DNA from: Archangium sp.
GTDB taxonomy: Bacteria; Myxococcota; Myxococcia; Myxococcales; Myxococcaceae
NCBI GenBank assembly: GCA_031367385.1
Contig: JANLPS010000524.1
Location: 1-12,043, forward strand
Direction of reading: 5' to 3'
DNA: 12,043 nucleotides
Below the pieces are notes generated by a model. That model ran no database searches and was not told the origin of the DNA. It saw only the letters and a program-made list of their open reading frames with translations. Position numbers and translations under genes: made by a program. Below, piece after piece: positions 1-7,014 of this stretch. Position 1 is the stretch's first letter. Each line of letters opens with the position of its first letter.

Positions 1-2
1 CC

Positions 3-989
3 CAAACGCTCGAAGCCTCGTTGCACAGCGGCACCGACCCGGTCACGCCGCTGCTCGACTTGAGCGGGTTCATTCGCGACGAGTGGGCCGAAGAGGTGCG
101 GCAGGCCTACCGGCAGGGCCTCGAGTCGGGCGCCCGCGCGCTGGGCGAATCACTGGTCGGTTTGGTGCGAAACGGGGGCCTGGTGCAGGTCGTCGACCAA
201 CCTGACCCGGCCCTGGTTCGCTTGCGCTTGCGACGCGGTGGCTTCAACTACGTCGACTTGAGGCTCAACGCTGAGGGCGGGGTGGTCGACTGGTACGTGT
301 ACGACCTCGGAGAATGGTTCAGCGAGAGCCACGCGCGACTCTCACCCATCGCCAGCGCAGAAGAGAAGCTGACTCCGACCCAGAAGGCGTTGCTCGAGAG
401 CGCAGGCACGGTGAGCGAGATGCACGCGGCGTTGTTGGCGGGCCGGTGGTCTTCGGTGCTGATCAGCTATTTTTCGCTGCCGCAGGTCTTACAGAGAGAG
501 CGCGGCTGTCTGCGCATGCGCGTGTCGGCCGCGATGAACCTCGACGAGACCAGCTACAGCGAGGCGTTGAATACCTATCTGCGCCAATTTCCCGGTGATG
601 GGGGGCTCGACTTGATGTCGATCGACGGCTTCTTGTTGCTGGGCAAGATCGACGAGAGCCTGGCCTCGGCCAAACGCCTCGAAGCGCGCGTCAATGATCC
701 GGTGCTGGGCAACCTCCGGGCAGGGGTCTTGGTGCGGGCAGGGCGCGCCGATGCGGCGATCGCGACGCTGGCCGAGGTGACCGAGCGCGCTCCGACCGAC
801 CCCCAGGCCTATTGGGGCCTCATCGGCCTGATGCTGGAGCGCCGAGAATTCTCAGAAGTTGCGAAATGGCTGACGCGAATTGACCGGCAGGCTGGCGTGG
901 CCCTTCGCGATTTGAGAACCATCTCAGAGTACAAGGAGTTCGTTCAATCGCCTGAGGGCCGAGGCTGGCTTTCATCGCGCGCGAACTGA
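3..989 (+). CDS. TPR-like helical repeat hypothetical protein (5'-partial)
   Basis: The frame is open from position 3 (QTLEASLHSG...), so the true start is probably outside the window. The C-terminal half has TPR-like helix pairs (LRAGVLVRAGRADAAIATLAEVTERAPTDPQAYWGLIGLML). GC-rich third positions; TGA at 987-989. Confidence 0.75.
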   Translation, partial: QTLEASLHSGTDPVTPLLDLSGFIRDEWAEEVRQAYRQGLESGARALGESLVGLVRNGGLVQVVDQPDPALVRLRLRRGGFNYVDLRLNAEGGVVDWYVYDLGEWFSESHARLSPIASAEEKLTPTQKALLESAGTVSEMHAALLAGRWSSVLISYFSLPQVLQRERGCLRMRVSAAMNLDETSYSEALNTYLRQFPGDGGLDLMSIDGFLLLGKIDESLASAKRLEARVNDPVLGNLRAGVLVRAGRADAAIATLAEVTERAPTDPQAYWGLIGLMLERREFSEVAKWLTRIDRQAGVALRDLRTISEYKEFVQSPEGRGWLSSRAN

Positions 990-1017
990 TTCAATCGTTT
1001 GACCGGAGCTCGAACCC

Positions 1018-4000
1018 ATGGCCGTTTCGATTGGCAACCCTTCCCGAACTGCTGCGACCTCACAGACGGCTGGTGCGACCCCGATTGGCGTGCCTGAGGC
1101 TGCGGCCGAGGCGGTCAAGGCGGGCAAGCTCGAGGCGGTCACCGTTCGCAAGGGCGACACCCTGTGGGACCTCTGGTCGAAGTCGAACCGCGGCACGTGG
1201 GAGGACTTCAAGTCGCTCAATTCGCATCTGACCGCTGACCCCCGCCGCAACAATGGCGACTTGATCGTGCCCGGTGACTCGGTGTTATTGCCTGCAGCGC
1301 AAGCGGCCGAGGCGAAGGCCAAGCCGTGGCAAGCCGCCGCGAAGGCGAAGGCAGCTTCAGACGAGGTGGGCGCGAAAGCAGGCGCCACTTCAGCCACCAA
1401 GGCGGAGGGTGCGACTGCACCGGCGGTTGGTGCCACGCCACCTGCCGCCGCAGCAGTCAAAACGGAGCCTGGTGCGGCTGCGCCTCCAGCCGCCGCCGCC
1501 AACGCGCCGACGGGCACCACCGCGGGGAAGCCGGTCGACGCTGCGGCCGCGAAGGCTCCCGCCGATTCACCGGCGGCGAGCGCGCAAAAGGCGCTGGCCG
1601 ATCTCAAAGCGGCCGGCTTCGCCGGTGAACCCACCCCTCAGGCACTGGCCAGTGAGCTCGCCAAGCGCGTGCTCGACCCGGTGTCGATCGACAACGCGTT
1701 CTTGAACGCGGCCCTCGGGTACGCGCACGCGACGAATACTGCTCCCGCGCTCAACACCGAGCTCGGCAAGATCGTCGAAGGGCGAGTCGAAAAGAAGTCG
1801 CAAGGCAGCTCTGAAGACGTCGCCCAGGCGGCCAAAAAATCAGGCGCTGCGACCGACGGGTACCTGCGAGGCCTGATCGGCCTGCAGAACAGCGACAGCG
1901 CGAAGAAGCGCTCTGAAGACCTCTTGACCAAGGGCGCTGATCAGCACCGGGGCACCACGACCGAGCTCGTCGCTGAAGGCGCATTGGGCATGCTCAAGTC
2001 GATCGCCGAGCACCCGGTCAAGGCGGCGATCACCGCCGCTGCAGTGACGGCGGGGGTTGTCGCACTCCCAATCGCGGCGGCTGCTGGCGCCATTGCGCTG
2101 GGCGCCTCTACCGCCGCCGCCGCCACTGCTGCGCTTGCCACCGGTGGCGCCATCAGCGGGTACTTTGCAGTCGATGGAGCGAAGAAGATCTACGGCGGCG
2201 CGAAAGACATTCTCGCGGCCGACAAACTGACCGGCGCTGAGCGCGATGAAAAATTGATTCACGCCGGCGGTGAGCTGGCGGCCGGCGTGCCCAGCCTCGT
2301 CGGCGCCGGAGGCGGGGCGGCCATGGGCCTCAAGGTGGCTCGTGCCGTCGTCGCGAGAGGCGCGATGAAGGGCCCCGAGCTGCTCGCGATCTCGAATTCT
2401 TCAGGCGCCCCCCAGTTGCCCGGCCCTGGGGCGACCCCGCTGCTCACCGGCCCGACCGTTGCCGAGCTGGCCGCCTCGCAGTTGCAAGAGCAGGCGAAGT
2501 CGGTGGCCTTCGGTCGCCCGCCCCAGGGTGGTGCCGGGGGCCAGGCCCCTGCGACCTCTGGGCCTCTCGCGGGCTCGAGTGCGCAAGCGCCCGGCCAGGC
2601 TGCGGGCGCAAAGGTGCCCTCAGCTGCCGACCCGGTTGTGGCGCCCAAGGCCGTCGACGTGCCAGGCACCGTCAAGCAAGTCGCCAATTACGACGCGCTT
2701 CGCTCGAATGCGATCGTCTACACCGCGAAACCGGGTGAGAGCCTCGCTGACGCGTTGAAGCACGCACGGGCTCAGACGGCCAAACTCAAAACCGTCGATA
2801 CGGTGTGGATCGAAGGCACCGAGGCCAACAGCGCGTTCCCCGGCAAGTTGATCGCCGCTGACAAGAGCATCAAGGGCATCTCGATCTTCGATCGCAAGCC
2901 GTTCGCGAATGAAGCGCCCGTTCGGCTCAGCGCCGGCGAGCTCGCCGCCGAAAAGGCCGCGGCCTCGCGGGCGAACGACCTGAGCCGCGAGCTCGGCGAG
3001 CCCGTGACGTACAACCGGGTCGAATTCACTGGCGTGAAGACCGCTGATGGCCGGCCCGTGGGCAGGTACATCATCGGCGGCCGACCGGCCGAAAAATTTC
3101 AAGAAGTGCGAGAGGCGGCAGCCCAGCTCGGCACCCCCGTCGAGTGGAACTTCTACTCGCGTCAGGGCCAAGGGCTCCAAGCGACCGTTCAGCCCACCGG
3201 TAGCATCAAGGTCTCGATCGGCGAGATCAAGCCCGAGGCTCAGGCGGGGTTGCCCGAATACCTGCGGAGCATCTCGGAGAGCACCAAGGGCCCAGTCGAG
3301 GTCGAGAGCGTGTGGGCGAGCAACCAACGCCGGCCGTTCACGATGCAAGAGGGGCGGCTGCTCAAGCCCGCCGAGGCTCCCGCTGAAGTTCGAGCGGCGT
3401 TCGAGGCCAAGGCCGAGGTCGAGCGCGCGAACACCGGGTTCACCGATGACGGGGCGCGGCCGCTCGACGTGCCGATGCCCGAGGCGCCGGCTCCCGCAGC
3501 TGGCGCGGTCTCGGCTGCTCCGAAGCGCGCGAAGGCCCGTCGCGGGGGTAACAAGGCTGAACTCGAGCGCGCCGCCCGAGACGCAGCCCAAGAGCTCAAG
3601 GGGTCTCCCGCGAGTGTCCTCAGCCGGTCGCAAAAAGACATTTGGGCAGAGAACCTGCAGGCCAACATTCTCCCCAGGGCGAAGGTCAACGCCGGCAAGG
3701 GGGTTGAGTTGGCGCCGGAGGGTTCGGTCGTGGGTATCGTCGAGATAAGGGGCGACAACGCGATCGTCATCACCCGCCTGGGCAGCGAAAAGATACCGCT
3801 CTCGAGCCTGAGCCCGGCTACGGCCGTCGACCGTGGTCTCGCCGTCGGTTCGCCTGTCAAAATCTTGGGGAAGCTGGTGGGAGCCGGAGAAGAAGGCCGA
3901 GTCACATCGCTCAATGACAACGTCGCTGTCATCACAATCCCTGGCGTGAATGGCGCGAGCCGACAGCTCCAGGTGCCTCTCGACTATCTCCAGCCGGTTC

Positions 4001-4443
4001 GCTCCTTCGGCGCCGAAAAGCTCAAGGGAGCTCCCGCGAGTGTCCTCAGCCGGTCGCAAAAAGACATTTGGGCAGAGAACCTGCAGGCCGAGCTTATCCC
4101 TAGGGCGAAGGTCAACGCCGGCCAAGGGGTTGAGTTGGCGCCGGAGGGGTCGGTCGTGGGTATCGTCGAGATAAGGGGCGACAACGCGATCGTCATCACC
4201 CGCTTAGGCAGCGAACAGATACCGCTCTCGAGCCTGAGCCCGGCTACCGCCGTCGACCGCGGTCTCGCCGTCGGTTCGCCCGTCAAAATCTTGGGGAAGG
4301 TGGTGGGCGCCGGCGAAGAAGGCCGAGTCGTATCGCTCAACAGCAACGGCGCGGTCGTCTCGATTCCCGGCGTGAATGGCGCGAGCCGACAGCTCCAGGT
4401 GCCTCTCGATTATCTCCAGCCAGTCCGCTCCTTCGGCGCCTAA
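1018..4443 (+). CDS. Large modular LysM-domain protein (LysM, Ala/Pro-rich linker, hydrophobic helices, unknown middle region, duplicated SH3/KOW-like C-terminus)
   Basis: 1141-aa ORF with GGAG at 1005-1008 before the ATG. LysM signature VTVRKGDTLWDL...LN...DLIVPGDSVLLP at 1138-1293. Long Ala/Gly hydrophobic stretches at about 2014-2178 and 2275-2340. No Sec signal peptide visible. Confidence 0.85.
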   Translation: MAVSIGNPSRTAATSQTAGATPIGVPEAAAEAVKAGKLEAVTVRKGDTLWDLWSKSNRGTWEDFKSLNSHLTADPRRNNGDLIVPGDSVLLPAAQAAEAKAKPWQAAAKAKAASDEVGAKAGATSATKAEGATAPAVGATPPAAAAVKTEPGAAAPPAAAANAPTGTTAGKPVDAAAAKAPADSPAASAQKALADLKAAGFAGEPTPQALASELAKRVLDPVSIDNAFLNAALGYAHATNTAPALNTELGKIVEGRVEKKSQGSSEDVAQAAKKSGAATDGYLRGLIGLQNSDSAKKRSEDLLTKGADQHRGTTTELVAEGALGMLKSIAEHPVKAAITAAAVTAGVVALPIAAAAGAIALGASTAAAATAALATGGAISGYFAVDGAKKIYGGAKDILAADKLTGAERDEKLIHAGGELAAGVPSLVGAGGGAAMGLKVARAVVARGAMKGPELLAISNSSGAPQLPGPGATPLLTGPTVAELAASQLQEQAKSVAFGRPPQGGAGGQAPATSGPLAGSSAQAPGQAAGAKVPSAADPVVAPKAVDVPGTVKQVANYDALRSNAIVYTAKPGESLADALKHARAQTAKLKTVDTVWIEGTEANSAFPGKLIAADKSIKGISIFDRKPFANEAPVRLSAGELAAEKAAASRANDLSRELGEPVTYNRVEFTGVKTADGRPVGRYIIGGRPAEKFQEVREAAAQLGTPVEWNFYSRQGQGLQATVQPTGSIKVSIGEIKPEAQAGLPEYLRSISESTKGPVEVESVWASNQRRPFTMQEGRLLKPAEAPAEVRAAFEAKAEVERANTGFTDDGARPLDVPMPEAPAPAAGAVSAAPKRAKARRGGNKAELERAARDAAQELKGSPASVLSRSQKDIWAENLQANILPRAKVNAGKGVELAPEGSVVGIVEIRGDNAIVITRLGSEKIPLSSLSPATAVDRGLAVGSPVKILGKLVGAGEEGRVTSLNDNVAVITIPGVNGASRQLQVPLDYLQPVRSFGAEKLKGAPASVLSRSQKDIWAENLQAELIPRAKVNAGQGVELAPEGSVVGIVEIRGDNAIVITRLGSEQIPLSSLSPATAVDRGLAVGSPVKILGKVVGAGEEGRVVSLNSNGAVVSIPGVNGASRQLQVPLDYLQPVRSFGA
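3595..4440 (+). repeat. Intragenic tandem direct repeat, 426-nt (142-codon) period, two copies
   Basis: 3595-4014 aligns without gaps to 4021-4440 (LKGSPASVLSRSQKDIWAENLQ...DYLQPVRSFGA vs LKGAPASVLSRSQKDIWAENLQ...DYLQPVRSFGA). Hand count gives 12 substitutions in 140 aa. The second copy ends exactly at the TAA. Confidence 0.97.
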
Positions 4444-5093
4444 AGCCGCGGCGCTGTCAGGGCAGAGCTTCGATACGCTTTCATCGACCGGTCGTGCAGC
4501 CGGCTCATCGTCACCAAGCTCATCACGGCGCCGATGCCAGCCCACAGCATGTCAGACTGCGAATCCCAAGGGTCTCCTTGGGTGCCCAGAAACGCATCGC
4601 CGCCGGCCGGGTCGAGCGTCACCGCAGCCAACCATTCGATGAGCTCATACGCCGCTGCGAGGCCCATGACCGAGCTGAGCAAAATGAACACCAGCCACCC
4701 CCCTCGCCTCAGGCCGGTCACGCGCAGAAACACCTCTCGCATCACCAACACCGGAAAGAAGCCGAAGACGAAGTGCCCGAGTTTGTCGTAGTTGTTGCGG
4801 CTTTGGTGAAAGAGCCCCTGCACCCAGAACCCGAGGGGGGCTTTGGCGTAGGTGTAAAAGCCGCCGTAGACCAAGACCAAGATGTGAAGAAACACCGCGA
4901 TGTAGATCAACCTCGACATCGGGAATCGGCGGTACGTCAGCGCGAGGGCGATGATGCCCGCGACCCCAGGCCCGACCTCGAGCAGCCAATTGAGCTTACT
5001 TTCAGGGGTGAAGGTCAGCGTGAAGACGAAGATGACGCCGAGCACGCCGGCCAGCGCGAGTGGCAACCTCGGAGCAGGGTGGTTTGCGCTCAC
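4440..5093 (-). CDS. DUF2238 family (YjdF-like) inner membrane protein
   Basis: Multiple hydrophobic helices plus the family motifs WLLE, GGFYTYAKAPLG, RNNYDKLGHF, YELIEW and FLGTQGDPWDSQSDM. The GTG start overlaps the upstream TGA (GTGA, 5090-5093). Confidence 0.9.
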   Translation of the reverse strand: MSANHPAPRLPLALAGVLGVIFVFTLTFTPESKLNWLLEVGPGVAGIIALALTYRRFPMSRLIYIAVFLHILVLVYGGFYTYAKAPLGFWVQGLFHQSRNNYDKLGHFVFGFFPVLVMREVFLRVTGLRRGGWLVFILLSSVMGLAAAYELIEWLAAVTLDPAGGDAFLGTQGDPWDSQSDMLWAGIGAVMSLVTMSRLHDRSMKAYRSSALTAPRL

Positions 5094-5464
5094 GGCAACG
5101 CTTCGATGAAGTTGAGCCGGTACCCGTCGGGGTCGGTCAGTACGATCTCGCGGGTATGCCAGGGCTGGTTCTCGGGGCCCTGCACCGGGCGGTCGAACGC
5201 GGTGGCCTTGGTGGCGAGCGCGTCGACGCCTCCTTCGTTCTGGGCCAGAAACCCGAGCAGCACGCCCCAGCCGCGCTTGCCGTCGACCTGCACCGTCTTC
5301 GGCACCGGCACCAAGAAGACGTCGCCTTGTGGCTCCCAGCGCAGGTGCACGAAGGTCGAGTTACGGCCCACCTCGGTGAAGCCGAGTGCCTTGTAGAACG
5401 AGACCGACGCCTCGAGGTCTTTGACCAACAACTTCGTGAACGCGGTCAGCGGAGCAGTCGCCAT
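5090..5464 (-). CDS. VOC / glyoxalase-bleomycin resistance family protein
   Basis: Motifs LLVKDLEASVSFYKALGF and GPENQPWHTREIVLTDPDGYRLNF. The ATG at 5464 is preceded by AAGGGGG and is preferred over the track start at 5485; 124 aa. Confidence 0.9.
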   Translation of the reverse strand: MATAPLTAFTKLLVKDLEASVSFYKALGFTEVGRNSTFVHLRWEPQGDVFLVPVPKTVQVDGKRGWGVLLGFLAQNEGGVDALATKATAFDRPVQGPENQPWHTREIVLTDPDGYRLNFIEALP

Positions 5465-5513
5465 GGCGGGCCCCCTTACACCCAACTGGCCGGTTTTGCT
5501 GCGACGTGACGCG

Positions 5514-5540
5514 ACAACATTATCGGCGCAGGTCCGATAA
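5514..5540 (+). promoter_or_regulatory. TTATCGG-N7-CCGATAA inverted repeat / possible sigma28-like promoter in divergent intergenic region
   Basis: Perfect 7-bp inverted repeat at 5520-5526 / 5534-5540. ACAA-N15-TCCGATAA resembles the sigma28 consensus TAAA-N15-GCCGATAA, with a weak -35 element. Confidence 0.35.
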
Positions 5541-5551
5541 CTCCCTCAATC

Positions 5552-5875
5552 ATGAGACTCGCCACCATCGCCGCCGGCCTCAGCGCTTTTCGCCGTTCAC
5601 TCGTCGGTACGTCGCGCACCGACTTCACCGCGCTCAAGGGCTTGAAAGAGTTGCCGAAGCTGGCCGCCGAAGAGGTGACGCCGCTGCTCGCCCAGAACAA
5701 GGTCGAGCTCTACAAAGGCAAGTTCAAGCAAGACGGCAAGAGCGTGTTCATCACGGTCGTCTCGGGCAAGACCGGCACCGATCGGTCGTTCGGCGATTTC
5801 ACCGCCTACAGCAAGAAGGGTGAGCGCCTCGGCACGCTGCCGAACCAACCCCTGTGGGACGATTTGGCCGAGTGA
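5552..5875 (+). CDS. Hypothetical small basic protein (107 aa)
   Basis: Strong GC3 codon bias and a plausible beta-rich, Lys-rich sequence (VELYKGKFKQDGKSVFITVVSG...FTAYSKKGERLG). It fills the gap between the VOC gene and pip. No family recognised. Confidence 0.7.
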   Translation: MRLATIAAGLSAFRRSLVGTSRTDFTALKGLKELPKLAAEEVTPLLAQNKVELYKGKFKQDGKSVFITVVSGKTGTDRSFGDFTAYSKKGERLGTLPNQPLWDDLAE

Positions 5876-5992
5876 GGTGTGAGTGAAGACGCCATTGGAG
5901 GCGCGGGTGACAACACCTACGGCGCGATCTTCGAGCAGGGCAGCCAGCGCGTGACGCGCGCGATTCACGACGGCGACTTGCAGAAGCCGTAA
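5876..5992 (+). pseudogene. Cryptic coding-like segment in frame after the TGA of 5552-5875 (gene remnant, small ORF or readthrough extension)
   Basis: Reads GVSEDAIGGAGDNTYGAIFEQGSQRVTRAIHDGDLQKP* with GC-ending codons. A GTG lies at 5879 and the TAA at 5990-5992. Confidence 0.4.
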
Positions 5993-6005
5993 GCTCTCGC
6001 CGCAC

Positions 6006-6968
6006 ATGGCTTCGACTCTCAGGCGCACCTACTTTCCCCACCTCGAGCCGTTTCGCACTGGCTTCTTGCCGGTCAGCGGCGGTCACGAGCTGTACTTCGA
6101 AGAGAGCGGTAACCCCCAGGGCAAGCCCGTGGTGTTCTTGCACGGCGGCCCCGGCGGAGGCTCTGACTCGAAGCAGCGGCGGTTCTTCGACCCGGCGGCC
6201 TATCGCATCGTGCTGTTCGATCAGCGCGGGTGCGGCCAGTCGACGCCCTTCGCCTCGCTCGAGAACAACACCACGTGGGATCTCGTGTCAGACATCGAAG
6301 TGCTGCGCGAGCACCTGAAGATCGAGCGCTGGCAGGTCTTCGGCGGGTCGTGGGGCAGCACGTTGGCGTTGGCCTACGCCCAGTCGCACCCGTCGCGGGT
6401 CTCAGCGCTCGTCTTGCGCGGCATTTTCTTACTGCGGCAATGGGAGATCGACTGGTTCTACCAAGGCGGCGCGAGCCACCTGTTTCCCGACGCGTGGGAG
6501 AAATACCTCGCGCCGATACCGGTGGCCGAGCGGGGTGACCTGGTCGCGGCGTACTTCAAGCGGCTCACCAGCACCGATGAAGCGGTGAGAACCGAGGCGG
6601 CCCGCGCGTGGAGCATGTGGGAGGGCAGCACCAGCCACCTGCTGCCCAACGAAGCGTACGTGTCGAAGACGAGCGACCCGACCTTCGCCACCGCGTTCGC
6701 GCGCATCGAGTGCCACTACTTCGTGAATCACGGCTGGGTCGACGGCAAGAAGGCGCTGCTCGACAACATCGAGCCGATTCGCAACATCCCCGCGGTGATC
6801 GTGCAGGGCCGCTATGACGTGGTGTGCCCGATGGAGTCAGCCTGGGCGCTTCACCGCGCGTGGCCCGAGGCCGAGCTGCGCATCACCGAAGACGCGGGGC
6901 ACTCGGCGCATGAGCCTGGCAACCTGCACGAGCTGATTCTGGCCACTGAAAAATTCAAGAGCCGGTAG
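6006..6968 (+). CDS. pip: Prolyl aminopeptidase (proline iminopeptidase, peptidase S33, alpha/beta hydrolase)
   Basis: HGGPGGG, FDQRGCGQSTP, nucleophile elbow GGSWGS, LVLRGIF, FARIECHYF, catalytic Asp in GRYDVVCP and catalytic His in AGHSA; 320 aa. Confidence 0.97.
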   Translation: MASTLRRTYFPHLEPFRTGFLPVSGGHELYFEESGNPQGKPVVFLHGGPGGGSDSKQRRFFDPAAYRIVLFDQRGCGQSTPFASLENNTTWDLVSDIEVLREHLKIERWQVFGGSWGSTLALAYAQSHPSRVSALVLRGIFLLRQWEIDWFYQGGASHLFPDAWEKYLAPIPVAERGDLVAAYFKRLTSTDEAVRTEAARAWSMWEGSTSHLLPNEAYVSKTSDPTFATAFARIECHYFVNHGWVDGKKALLDNIEPIRNIPAVIVQGRYDVVCPMESAWALHRAWPEAELRITEDAGHSAHEPGNLHELILATEKFKSR

Positions 6969-7014
6969 TGCGGGCGTGGGTGTCTGATGACCACTCCCGC
7001 AGACACGACGCTTT

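Noticed and set aside
2713..2760. IVYTAKPGESLADALK resembling the start of a second LysM
   Set aside because: Only the first strand/helix matches; the LN...I.PG..L half of LysM is absent.
2620..4125. 501-aa minus-strand ORF (and other long overlapping ORFs such as 4494-5396 +, 7279-8052 -, 9059-10069 -)
   Set aside because: Antisense or alternate-frame shadows of well-supported genes, expected in high-GC DNA; no recognisable motifs.
3595..4440. Repeat pair as a DGR template/variable region or CRISPR-like element
   Set aside because: Both copies are in-frame coding, the differences are not confined to adenines, and no reverse transcriptase, spacers or cas genes are in the window.
4440..5464. 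DUF2238/VOC genes as immunity for the LysM protein
   Set aside because: Opposite strand, widespread families and their own operon; adjacency alone is not evidence.
5487..5500. TGGCCGGTTTTGCT as a sigma54 promoter
   Set aside because: Only 8 nt between GG and GC; sigma54 needs 10.
5873..5893. UGA followed by a small hairpin (GGTGT...ACGCC) as a selenocysteine/SECIS signal
   Set aside because: The 5-bp stem is too short and too close to the UGA, and there is no redox-motif context; not supportable without a search.
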